From the IMG/VR virus record IMGVR_UViG_3300006846_000001, positions 37,314-101,313 of that record: a stretch of 64,000 bases of DNA; one strand, 5' to 3'. Made by a program: the position numbers and the translations under genes. This stretch comes from a virus (Duplodnaviria; Caudoviricetes). Each line of letters opens with the position of its first letter. Position 1 is the first letter of the stretch. The notes below the pieces were generated by a model, which was given only the letters and a program-made list of their open reading frames with translations, was not told the DNA's origin and did not search any database. Below, in pieces: positions 1 through 8,105 of the stretch.

Positions 1-204
1 ATCCGGCTCATCGAGCGGGATGGGAGTTGAGGGCCGCGGGGCGTCAGCGAGTTGCGCCTCCACGGCGGCGGCGATCCAGCCGTTGCGGGTGACCTTCGGG
101 GCGCCCTCCGGTCGGCGCTCATTGGCGAGCTCGACGGCGGCCGTGATCCGGGCGGCCAGCCCGTCAGGGAGGCGCACGGAGATGGGCGCGGGCTGAGGTG
201 CCAT
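1..204 (-). CDS. Ribbon-helix-helix (Arc/CopG-like) DNA-binding protein, runs off window edge
   Basis: Manual translation from ATG at 204: MAPQPAPISVRLPDGLAARITAAVELANERRPEGAPKVTRNGWIAAAVEAQL; beta strand plus two helices pattern. Leaderless -10 TAGTAT just upstream. Not in the ORF track. Confidence 0.65.
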   Translation of the reverse strand, partial: MAPQPAPISVRLPDGLAARITAAVELANERRPEGAPKVTRNGWIAAAVEAQLADAPRPSTPIPLDEPD

Positions 205-548
205 AGGTAGTAATACTAACGGGGCGTGCCGGGGCGTGCAGTACTACTACCCGGGGACCTCACCGGCCGCCGTCCAGGCCCCGCGGTACACCCAGGAGTG
301 GCCGCAGGAGCAGTGCAGGCGGGGCAGCAGGAAGTCGGTGTCGGCGCTGCGGGCCAGCCACTCCACGTGGAGGGTGTCCTGGTCAGAGCCGGTCACGAGG
401 GCGGACCATGCGACCTTGGCGACGACCTCGAAGATGACCTCGTTGTCACCGCTGTCGTCGCTCCCATGGCACCGCGGGCAGGTAATACCACTGGTTGTGT
501 CACAGGTCTCAGCCCGGGAATTCGGGGGACCTGCTGCCACCTCGGGGG

Positions 549-917
549 TCATGAGGCGCGGGTCCGTTGGTGCCGGCGCATGGCCACGCCACCAGCCCGG
601 AGGATGCGCCACACCCTCCCCTCTGACAGACCAAAGGCCACGGCGACCGTCTTGCACGTGGCCTGCTCGTCGGTCTCGTAAGCCTGGCAGATGGCCTCGT
701 CGCGCTCGTCGCGGGGCACCGGGTGGGCCACGACGCCACGCAGCCGGTAGAGGGCCCGGCAGCGGTGACACGTCCACCGGTAGGCAGGTGGCTCATCAGG
801 GCCGGGGCACCGGTCGAAGTGAGCTCCGCCCAGGCACGGCGTGCGCTCCAGGGAGTCGAGGACGTCCTCGAGGACGTCCCTGGTCAGGGCTGGGTTCGTG
901 ACGGTCGGGCTGCTCAC
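549..917 (-). CDS. Helix-turn-helix DNA-binding protein
   Basis: C-terminal RDEAICQAYE...TCKTVAVAFGLSEGRVWRILR is HTH-like; N-terminal Cys cluster. Confidence 0.55.
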   Translation of the reverse strand: MSSPTVTNPALTRDVLEDVLDSLERTPCLGGAHFDRCPGPDEPPAYRWTCHRCRALYRLRGVVAHPVPRDERDEAICQAYETDEQATCKTVAVAFGLSEGRVWRILRAGGVAMRRHQRTRAS

Positions 918-1391
918 TGGCCGGTCTCATCCAGAGGTACGGCCAGGCCGTCACCCTGGTTGTAGCGGGTGGTGTGGTGCCGGATGGACTCCAGCTCGCG
1001 GGCCAGGCGCGCCCACCGGATGGCCAGGCCGTTTGCGATCTCACCTCGGGGCCGGCCGGCGTGCGCGTCACGGGCGGCAGCCCACCGGGCCGCCGCAGCG
1101 CGGGCAGACGCGATGGCCTCGGCGTGGGCGTCCTCGTCCAGCTCAGCGGGCACGGTCGCCGTCCACGGTCCCGCGGGTCGAGGTGTGCCGGCCCGTCGAC
1201 CCGCCACCCCCGAGGGTGGGGCCGTCCTCTTTGCCGGGGTTGTCGTAGAGGGGCACCGGCGTGGAACGGACGGGCGGGGGGCCGGAGAGGATGCGATCGG
1301 CGGCGGCAGCGTCGAAGCCGGAGTCGAGGATCATCTGGCGGACGAGGTCGGGGGTGTCGTCAGGATCGTTGCGGGGCACGGTTCCTCCTGG

Positions 1392-2174
1392 TCAGGTGGG
1401 CTGGTCGCCCGGGTCAGGTGGGCGCTGGTCCGCCTCGTCGATGACGTCCACGTCGATGATCTGGTCCTCGGTGACGCCCGCGGCGGAGAGTTGGGTGAGG
1501 GCCTCAGTCTTGCGGCGGTGCAGGGCGATGAGGGCGTCGTTGATCTCGTCGACGGGGTCGGTGCCCAGATCGAGCTCGTCGAGGTCGGCTCCGCCGTTGA
1601 GGTCGATGTCGATGCGGGTGTGGTGGCCCCAGCGGGTGGGGAAGCGGCGTTCCATGCGCCACTGGATGGCCTGGCGGTCGGGGAGGGTGTGGGTGGTCTT
1701 GACGGAGCGTTCGATGACGTCGTAGATGGGTTCGCCGTCGGGGCCGCGGATGATGTTGCCGGCGGCGTTGCGGCGGGCTTCGACCTTCTCGGTGGTGGTG
1801 GTTTGGGGGATGCCGCCGAGGGCGAGGCGGGCGAGTAGTTGCAGGTCACGGGCCTCCGCCTCGGCCAGCGCGGAGCGGAGAGAGAGTGAGAATTCGCGGG
1901 CTAGGCGTTGGGCTTTGCGGAGCTTGGAGGGGCGAGTCCCTTCGAGGACGAGGCGGTGGGCGCGGGCGCCTTCGCGGAGCCAACCTTGCACGACCATGCG
2001 GTCGACTTGGACGAGGTTCGCGGCCGTCTCGAGGTAGTTGCCGCCGCGGACGTAGCGGACGATGGCATCAGCCACGGTGACGGGGGCGCCGGTTTGGGGG
2101 TTGTATTCGTGGACTTCGTCGAGGCGGGTGGGGCGACCGGCGGGTTGTCCAGTGGGCGGTCGTCCGGTGGTCAT
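1392..2174 (-). CDS. Terminase small subunit-like protein
   Basis: AIVRYVRGGNYLETAANLVQVDRMVVQGWLREG (HTH), SALAEAEARDL helix and DRQAIQWRMERRFPTRWG resemble phage TerS; leaderless -10 TACAGT. Confidence 0.6.
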   Translation of the reverse strand: MTTGRPPTGQPAGRPTRLDEVHEYNPQTGAPVTVADAIVRYVRGGNYLETAANLVQVDRMVVQGWLREGARAHRLVLEGTRPSKLRKAQRLAREFSLSLRSALAEAEARDLQLLARLALGGIPQTTTTEKVEARRNAAGNIIRGPDGEPIYDVIERSVKTTHTLPDRQAIQWRMERRFPTRWGHHTRIDIDLNGGADLDELDLGTDPVDEINDALIALHRRKTEALTQLSAAGVTEDQIIDVDVIDEADQRPPDPGDQPT

Positions 2175-2198
2175 GGTGGGACTGTATACAGGTGGGGG

Positions 2199-2543
2199 TT
2201 AGGTGGTGGCGGGGGTCGGCGGTGGTGACTGGTCCCTGAGATGCTCGATCTCGTCGACCAGCGCCTGGATGGTCTGGGCGTCGCGGGACCGCTCGTCACC
2301 CACGAGGTGCCCGGCCAGCTTCTCGGCACGCACCAGGAGGTCGTCGTGAGCGGGGCGGGCAGGCAGCAGAGCCACGAGGTCGGAGCTGATCGTGCGGATG
2401 CGGTAGGCGGCGTCGCCCATCACGGCCGATGTGTGACCGCTGGCAGGGACAGCGTCCAGTTCGTCGGCAGTGCGGCGCAGCTCAGCGACCAGTTCCCGGA
2501 TCTGCTCTCGGGTGGGGCCGGGTACCGGCTGGTCGACGCTCAC
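2199..2543 (-). CDS. Hypothetical protein
   Basis: Helical 114-aa ORF in the co-oriented gene string. Confidence 0.5.
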   Translation of the reverse strand: MSVDQPVPGPTREQIRELVAELRRTADELDAVPASGHTSAVMGDAAYRIRTISSDLVALLPARPAHDDLLVRAEKLAGHLVGDERSRDAQTIQALVDEIEHLRDQSPPPTPATT

Positions 2544-2797
2544 CGGTTGTTCCCGAAGATGCCAGCGAACAGGCGACGCATGGAGCCGACCATTACCAGC
2601 GTCAGGCGACAGGTCTCGCAGGCTCGGGCAGCACCGAAGCCGTGCGGGCAGCGGCCAGCGAGCGTCTCGTCCAGCGCATCCGGCTCAGGACTGGCCATCG
2701 CCGGCCACCTCCGTCAGCTGGTCGATCATGTCGGCCCACGACTCGTACATGCTGACCTCGGCGGCGATCGCCTCTTCCCAGTCACTCATGGTGGCCA

Positions 2798-3322
2798 TCA
2801 CGGCTCCGTTGGTCGGGTGTAGAGGATCGAGTAGCGGTACCGGTCGCAGAGGCACCGCTCACCGTCAACGAGGCGGGTGCACGCCCCGGCATTGGTGGGG
2901 CCGGCGTGGGAGTCGCGGCGGCATTTGCAGCGCGAGCACGGCAGGGCCGGGTGGTCGTGGGGGACCTCAACGGCGGGGTCCAGGAGTAGGGACCCGTCAG
3001 GGCGGCGGGTCAGGATGAAGCGTTGACCGTGCTCCAACCCGAGGCGGGCCACGTTGATGCGGGCCTGAGCGTCGACGCGCACGAGGCGACTCAAGTCGCC
3101 GGCGTCGATGAGGTCGGGGAGTGCCAGGGGATCGGGGGGCTGCGGCGGCGGGGTGATGGTGAAGCCCAGTTCCTCGAGTGCGGCGCAGCCGAGGCGGACG
3201 CCCTCGATGACGTCGCCGGTGCCCCAGGGTCGGCCCTCGCTGGCCTGGGGCAGCGTGTTGTGGAGGGCCGCCGCGATCACGTCGACGTGATCGGGGTGGG
3301 CGATGGGCGGGGTGGTGGTCAT
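2798..3322 (-). CDS. Hypothetical protein with AbrB/SpoVT-like segment and Cys-rich tail
   Basis: Start ATG overlaps upstream stop; VRVDAQARINVARLGLEHGQRFILTRRPDGSLLLDP resembles a swapped-hairpin DNA-binding domain; CSRCKC...C...CLC tail. Confidence 0.4.
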   Translation of the reverse strand: MTTTPPIAHPDHVDVIAAALHNTLPQASEGRPWGTGDVIEGVRLGCAALEELGFTITPPPQPPDPLALPDLIDAGDLSRLVRVDAQARINVARLGLEHGQRFILTRRPDGSLLLDPAVEVPHDHPALPCSRCKCRRDSHAGPTNAGACTRLVDGERCLCDRYRYSILYTRPTEP

Positions 3323-4026
3323 CAGTCTCCCAGGATGCAGGCGTCGCCGCGGGTGTGATGGTCGGGGGTGCACGCCAGGCACGACGAGTAGGCGGGGTCC
3401 GACCACTGGGGTTCGGCCGTGACCACGAGGTCGGCGACCCCGACGAGGAGGCGGTTGGCGATGCGCTCCTGGAGCGGTCCCCAGAACGACTCCCACGCGG
3501 GCGGGGCCAGCATGTGGGCGGGCACGTTCTCGATGAGGACGCCGCCCTCGCCGGGGGCGTTCCAGCGGTGCGACATGGTGACGCGGCAGTACCGGGGGAC
3601 CGGCGGGTTCGCCTCATGGAGGCGATCGATCTCAGCGGCGAGGAGGGCGCCAGCGCGGGCCAGGTTCACGACGGGATCGACGTCGGGGCGCCACGTGTCG
3701 GTACCCCACGGCCAGCGGTCCGGGGCCTTGAGCTTCCCATCGCTGGTGCGGCCGCACACGTAGCCCAGGCGGTCCGGTTCCTCCTCATCGAGGATGGCCT
3801 GCATCCTGGCGGCCTCGCCTCGGTCGTTCAGGCGGTCGACGGTCTCGGGGCCTCGGACGGTGAACCACCACTCAGCGTCGGTGAGCGCGCGGGCCACGGC
3901 GATGAGGGCCTGGGCAGCGGACAGGTACTCGCTGCGATGCTCGATGGGGGCACCGGAGGGCGTGGCGTGGGAGGAGCGGTCCAGGCCCTTGCGGCGCTGC
4001 TCCCAGATGATGTCATGGCCCCTCAC
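3322..4026 (-). CDS. Phage hypothetical protein (WPW...NLARAGALLAAEIDRL motif)
   Basis: Motif commonly seen in small phage proteins; GTG start overlaps previous stop. Confidence 0.5.
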   Translation of the reverse strand: MRGHDIIWEQRRKGLDRSSHATPSGAPIEHRSEYLSAAQALIAVARALTDAEWWFTVRGPETVDRLNDRGEAARMQAILDEEEPDRLGYVCGRTSDGKLKAPDRWPWGTDTWRPDVDPVVNLARAGALLAAEIDRLHEANPPVPRYCRVTMSHRWNAPGEGGVLIENVPAHMLAPPAWESFWGPLQERIANRLLVGVADLVVTAEPQWSDPAYSSCLACTPDHHTRGDACILGD

Positions 4027-4127
4027 GGCCGGCGCCGCTTGAAGGGGTCCCAGATGCCCAGGAACCCGGCCAGGCACGCCACCCACACGACGGCGGCGAT
4101 GCCGATGATCACCTCGTCGGGGATCAC
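4023..4127 (-). CDS. Small membrane protein (34 aa)
   Basis: MIPDEVIIGIAAVVWVACLAGFLGIWDPFKRRRP: one TM helix and basic tail; GTGA overlaps on both sides. Confidence 0.55.
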   Translation of the reverse strand: MIPDEVIIGIAAVVWVACLAGFLGIWDPFKRRRP

Positions 4128-4600
4128 TGGCGGCCCAGCTCCTCGTCGATGATCCGGGCGGCCGCCTCGACCTCATCGCGGGGACCGGTGATGGTCGCCG
4201 TGACGGTGCGGGTCTGGGCCGGGGGGCGGGGACGCAGGGTCCGCAGGACGGTGAGGGCGGCCCTGACGCGCTGCTGGGCGATGGGCAGATGGTGCATCCC
4301 CGCGTCCGTGGTGGGGTCCAGGGCCTTGAGGGCGCCGTGGGCATCGAGCAGCTCAGCGATCGCGGCGTGGCACGCACCAAGGTCCGTCCTCACCCGTTCC
4401 TCATTGAGGCGGGACCGGTTGAGGCCGTGGGAGAGGCGGCGGTGGGAGGCGGCGAGGTGGGCGACGTCGCGGTTGGCGCGCAGGTCCATGGGGTCGCCCA
4501 GGTTGGATGCCAGGTTGAGGAAGGCCCGCTGGGCGGCGGCCTCGACTTCCTCGTCGGTCATCACGTCCGGGTCGGGGGCGGGTGTGGTTGGGTCAGCCAT
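4124..4600 (-). CDS. Hypothetical protein, leaderless, downstream of palindrome promoter
   Basis: ORF track; motif at 4612-4625. Confidence 0.6.
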   Translation of the reverse strand: MADPTTPAPDPDVMTDEEVEAAAQRAFLNLASNLGDPMDLRANRDVAHLAASHRRLSHGLNRSRLNEERVRTDLGACHAAIAELLDAHGALKALDPTTDAGMHHLPIAQQRVRAALTVLRTLRPRPPAQTRTVTATITGPRDEVEAAARIIDEELGRQ

Positions 4601-4611
4601 ACCCGGCGACC

Positions 4612-4625
4612 CTAACCGGGGTTAG
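4612..4625 (-). promoter_or_regulatory. Palindromic promoter/operator variant CTAACCGGGGTTAG
   Basis: One mismatch to consensus; overlaps -10 TAGGGT; 11 nt from ATG at 4600. Confidence 0.8.
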
Positions 4626-4877
4626 CGGGCGGTGTCGAGGGGTTGCACCCACCATGTGATGAGGGCGGGGTTGGCGTTGAGGGGAAGGATGTAGCGGCGC
4701 ATGCCCTCTTGGATGCGCGCCAGGTGGTCCGGCCCGTTGGGGCCGACGAGGAGGGTGGCCATCGATTCGGTGCCGTGGAACACGGCGGTGGCGGGGTCGT
4801 CGTAGCCATCCACCGGGCAGGACGCGTGGAGGAGGAAGCGGGCCTGGTCCGGGCGAGAGCAGAGGTCTCTGGAGGAG

Positions 4878-5210
4878 TCAGGCACCGGTGGTGCGCTCCT
4901 CGATGATGGCCCGGCGGCGTGCGAGCTCGGCCCGGCCGGCGTCCGTGAGGCGCCACGGCAGGGCTTGGCCGTGGCCCCACATCGGGGGGTGGAACTTCTC
5001 GGCCAGGCCCTGGGCCTTGAGGCGGCGTAGGCCCTTGTCGGCCCACCCGGCGAGGACTGAGCGGGCGACGTCGGGGGCGCGGTCGGTCATGTGCTGGCAG
5101 AACGCTGACACGATGCCGGTGGTGGTGGCCCACCCGTCGTGGAGGTTCTCTTGCCGTTCGATCTCCCAGAGGAGCCAGCGGGCCGCCTTGTGCGGGCCAC
5201 GGGCGCTCAC
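4878..5210 (-). CDS. Winged-helix-like protein
   Basis: WADKGLRRLKAQGLAEK...WRLTDAGRAEL is a wHTH-type ending. Confidence 0.45.
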   Translation of the reverse strand: MSARGPHKAARWLLWEIERQENLHDGWATTTGIVSAFCQHMTDRAPDVARSVLAGWADKGLRRLKAQGLAEKFHPPMWGHGQALPWRLTDAGRAELARRRAIIEERTTGA

Positions 5211-5968
5211 GTGGCCGGGAGGGGGTAACCGGGCCGGGCGGGCCGGGGGTGGGTGCGGACCTCGAGGAAGACGGGCATCGTCGAGGAGGGGCGCCAGTCG
5301 GCGCCGTCGAGGCGCAGGTTGAGGCGCACCTCCTGCCCCGGCGTGAGGCCATCCAACCACCGGCCGGGCTGGCCGGCCAGCCCGGCCCGGCCGTCGTCTC
5401 GGATCACGGTCACACGCTCGGGGGTGGTGGCATCGAAGCGGCCCTGGATGACGTAGCGGGGCTGGAAGTCCGGGGGTTGGGCCTCGTCGAGGACGGTGAC
5501 GGCCCAGTGGGTGGCGCCCGGTCGGGGCACGACGATGCCGGCCAGCTCCACCCACACCCGCGTCAGGTCCGGGGGGACGGTGAAGTTCACCGCGGGGTCC
5601 GGGACCGGGGTGCCGGGGAAGTGGCCCGTGACGCGCTCGTAGCCGATGAGTCCCTCACAGGGGCCGGCCACGCTGTGGTTGTACGCGGGGGGCTGGGCGA
5701 GGTAGGGGTCAGCGTCGGGGTGGCCGGCGCCGTCCCAGTCGAGGAGCTGCGCCGCGTCGATCTCGATATGAGCGTCGGGGGCGGCCGTGAGGAGGCGCAC
5801 GAAGTCGGGCCAGTCCTCGGTGCCCATGATGAGCTGCCCGACCTTCGCTCCGTTGCGGTCGGCGTGTTGGGCGGCGTTGCCTACCCAGATGCCCACGTGG
5901 ACGTGATCGCCCGGTACGTGCTGGCGTGCTCGGATGCGCCAGTGGCGGATCTGGTGCGGGGGTGTCAT
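5207..5968 (-). CDS. Hypothetical protein
   Basis: 253-aa ORF with overlapping start/stop junctions. Confidence 0.55.
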   Translation of the reverse strand: MTPPHQIRHWRIRARQHVPGDHVHVGIWVGNAAQHADRNGAKVGQLIMGTEDWPDFVRLLTAAPDAHIEIDAAQLLDWDGAGHPDADPYLAQPPAYNHSVAGPCEGLIGYERVTGHFPGTPVPDPAVNFTVPPDLTRVWVELAGIVVPRPGATHWAVTVLDEAQPPDFQPRYVIQGRFDATTPERVTVIRDDGRAGLAGQPGRWLDGLTPGQEVRLNLRLDGADWRPSSTMPVFLEVRTHPRPARPGYPLPAT

Positions 5969-6273
5969 GGGGTCACCTCAGGAGGGGAAGAGTCAGCGGA
6001 ATGGGGGCGGGGCGGCGGAGGGCCCGGAGGGCGGGGCGGCCACGGAGGCGGGGGTGTGGGCGGGGTGCGCCTGTGCCGGGCCACCAGGTCCTCGGCGGCC
6101 TCCGTCAGGGCGTTGATGAGATACGCGAAGCCCATGCCCATGAGGAGCAGCACGAAGCACACGAAGGCCACGGCCTGCCAGGACAGCTCCGGTATGAAGA
6201 CGCGGATCATGACGAGGGCGCCGGTGGCCACGCCCAGCCCGTAGTCGTACGGGTCGAACAGGGGCCGCTTCAC
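5965..6273 (-). CDS. Membrane protein
   Basis: Two hydrophobic segments and a Pro-rich tail. Confidence 0.55.
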   Translation of the reverse strand: MKRPLFDPYDYGLGVATGALVMIRVFIPELSWQAVAFVCFVLLLMGMGFAYLINALTEAAEDLVARHRRTPPTPPPPWPPRPPGPPPPRPHSADSSPPEVTP

Positions 6274-6728
6274 GGCGTGTCCAGGGTGCGGAGGCGCCCC
6301 GGGTCGTGGTGGACGGGCGCCAGGTTCTCGCTCGCCTCCAGGGGGCTGAGGCGGTCGAGGGCGTTGGGGGTGGCGCCGGCCGTCCAGTCCCGGATGCGCT
6401 GGTTGAAGACGAGGCGCCGGTCGTAGGCGTCGACCGCGGCGTTCGCCAGCGCTGGGCCGTGCTCGTCAGAGAAGGCCACAGCCTCCCGCCAGCTCTGGCA
6501 GCGGAGGGTCCTGGTGATCGTCGTGACCCGGTCGGCGATGAGGGGCAACTCCACGGTGACCTTCCACACCTGGAGGCCGTCCTCGTCGCCGTCGATGTCG
6601 AGCTCGGCGCTGATGGACAGCTCGTAGGGGCCGGCCAGGTTGGGGCGGTCAACGACGTACGTGGAGGTGAAGCGTTCCCACCGGAAGTTGGTGAGGGTCT
6701 CCTCGACGGTCGGGGCGGGGCTAGTCAT
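6270..6728 (-). CDS. Hypothetical protein
   Basis: ATG at 6728 with AGGAGA SD. Confidence 0.55.
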   Translation of the reverse strand: MTSPAPTVEETLTNFRWERFTSTYVVDRPNLAGPYELSISAELDIDGDEDGLQVWKVTVELPLIADRVTTITRTLRCQSWREAVAFSDEHGPALANAAVDAYDRRLVFNQRIRDWTAGATPNALDRLSPLEASENLAPVHHDPGRLRTLDTP

Positions 6729-7051
6729 GGGGTCTCTCCTGGGCAGGGGCCGTCCGCGCACGACTCGTCGCAGGCGGGCTTGCAGCACGGGCCATCACGG
6801 TCGGGCTGGTAGTGGTGGTCGGGGTTGATGTGGTAGGCGGCCACGTGGTTGGGCACGGGGTCCGTTTGGCCGGCGGCCTGGTGGTGTCGGCGGCGTTGCC
6901 CGGCGTGGCGGCCCAGGTTCGTGGTGAGGCCGACCCAGCCGCAGACGCACCGGCAGTGCGGCTCCCGGTTGTGCCTGTAGATCATCCACTGGCGGCCGCC
7001 TCGGGCGGTGCACCCCTCGATGGGACAGACGATCATGCGGGGCCTCGTCAT
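6725..7051 (-). CDS. Small Cys/His zinc-finger-like protein (paralog of 49812-50099)
   Basis: CPIEGC...RHNREPHCRCVCGWVG...H. Confidence 0.55.
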   Translation of the reverse strand: MTRPRMIVCPIEGCTARGGRQWMIYRHNREPHCRCVCGWVGLTTNLGRHAGQRRRHHQAAGQTDPVPNHVAAYHINPDHHYQPDRDGPCCKPACDESCADGPCPGETP

Positions 7052-7286
7052 GGTCGTTGGGCCTTCCACTCGTTGAGCCGTTCGATGGGTACCCACACCT
7101 CGTAGGGGACGTCGGAGTCCCACTCCACGTCGCCTGTCTCCGTCAGGTACACGGCAGCGCCGTTGATGTGCACCCGGGCAGTCGATGCGCCGGCGTCAAG
7201 CTCGAGGCGCTGGACGCGCCCATCTGAGGTGGTGCCCGTCATCCGGTAGACGACGGTCCGGTAGGCGCGGCCGTGGTGCACCGCCG

Positions 7287-8105
7287 CTACCAATCCCAGA
7301 AGGACGCGTGGTGTTTGCGGATGCGCTCAGCGAGGGAGTAGGGCACGACGTGGCGGAAGCCGTGCGCCTCGCCCGTCACGATGTGGCAGATGGGGGCGAT
7401 GACCTCAGCGGGATCAGTAGCACCGCGAAGGTGCGGGTCGTCAGAGGCCGGCCCGGGCTCGTCGAGGGGGTTGCGGTGGCGCAAGTCCCGGGCGGCGATG
7501 GCGGCCCGGTCGAAGCCCGTGTCCAGGAGGCCGGGGTTGATGACGGCCACGCTGATGCCCTGGTCGATACGCTCGACGTGGATGGTCTCGGCGATGCCCT
7601 CGATGGCCCGCTTGGACGCGGCGTAGGCGCCCATCTGCTCCACGGGGATGAGGCCCGAGATGCTCGACATGAACACCAGGCGGCCCCGGGGAGCGTCGCG
7701 GCTCCCGTCGCGCCGGGCGAGGAAGGTGGGCAGGACGGCCCGGGTCAGGGCGTAGGTCCCGAAGACGTTCACGTCGAAGACCTCCCGCATGAGGCTGACG
7801 GGCACGCTCCCGAGGACGCCAGCCTCGATGATCCCGGCGTTGTTGAAGAGGACGTCGACGCGGTGCTGCTCGGCCAGGAGGCCGGCCTGGTTGATGTCAT
7901 CGGTGCGGGTCAAGTCGAGCCGGAAGGGCCGCACATCAAGGGGGCCGGCGTCATGCAACTCGGCCATGTCCAGGAGGTCAGTGACCTGGGGGCGGATCTG
8001 GCAACCGGCGAGGACGGTGTGGCCCAGGGCGCCCAGGGCCAGGGCCACCAAGCGGCCCAGGCCGGATCCGGCGCCGGTCATGAGGATCGTCTTGTGATCG
8101 GTCAC
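7287..8105 (-). CDS. Short-chain dehydrogenase/reductase (SDR)
   Basis: TGAGSGLG, NNAG, SS, YAASK and NPG motifs. Confidence 0.9.
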   Translation of the reverse strand: MTDHKTILMTGAGSGLGRLVALALGALGHTVLAGCQIRPQVTDLLDMAELHDAGPLDVRPFRLDLTRTDDINQAGLLAEQHRVDVLFNNAGIIEAGVLGSVPVSLMREVFDVNVFGTYALTRAVLPTFLARRDGSRDAPRGRLVFMSSISGLIPVEQMGAYAASKRAIEGIAETIHVERIDQGISVAVINPGLLDTGFDRAAIAARDLRHRNPLDEPGPASDDPHLRGATDPAEVIAPICHIVTGEAHGFRHVVPYSLAERIRKHHASFWDW

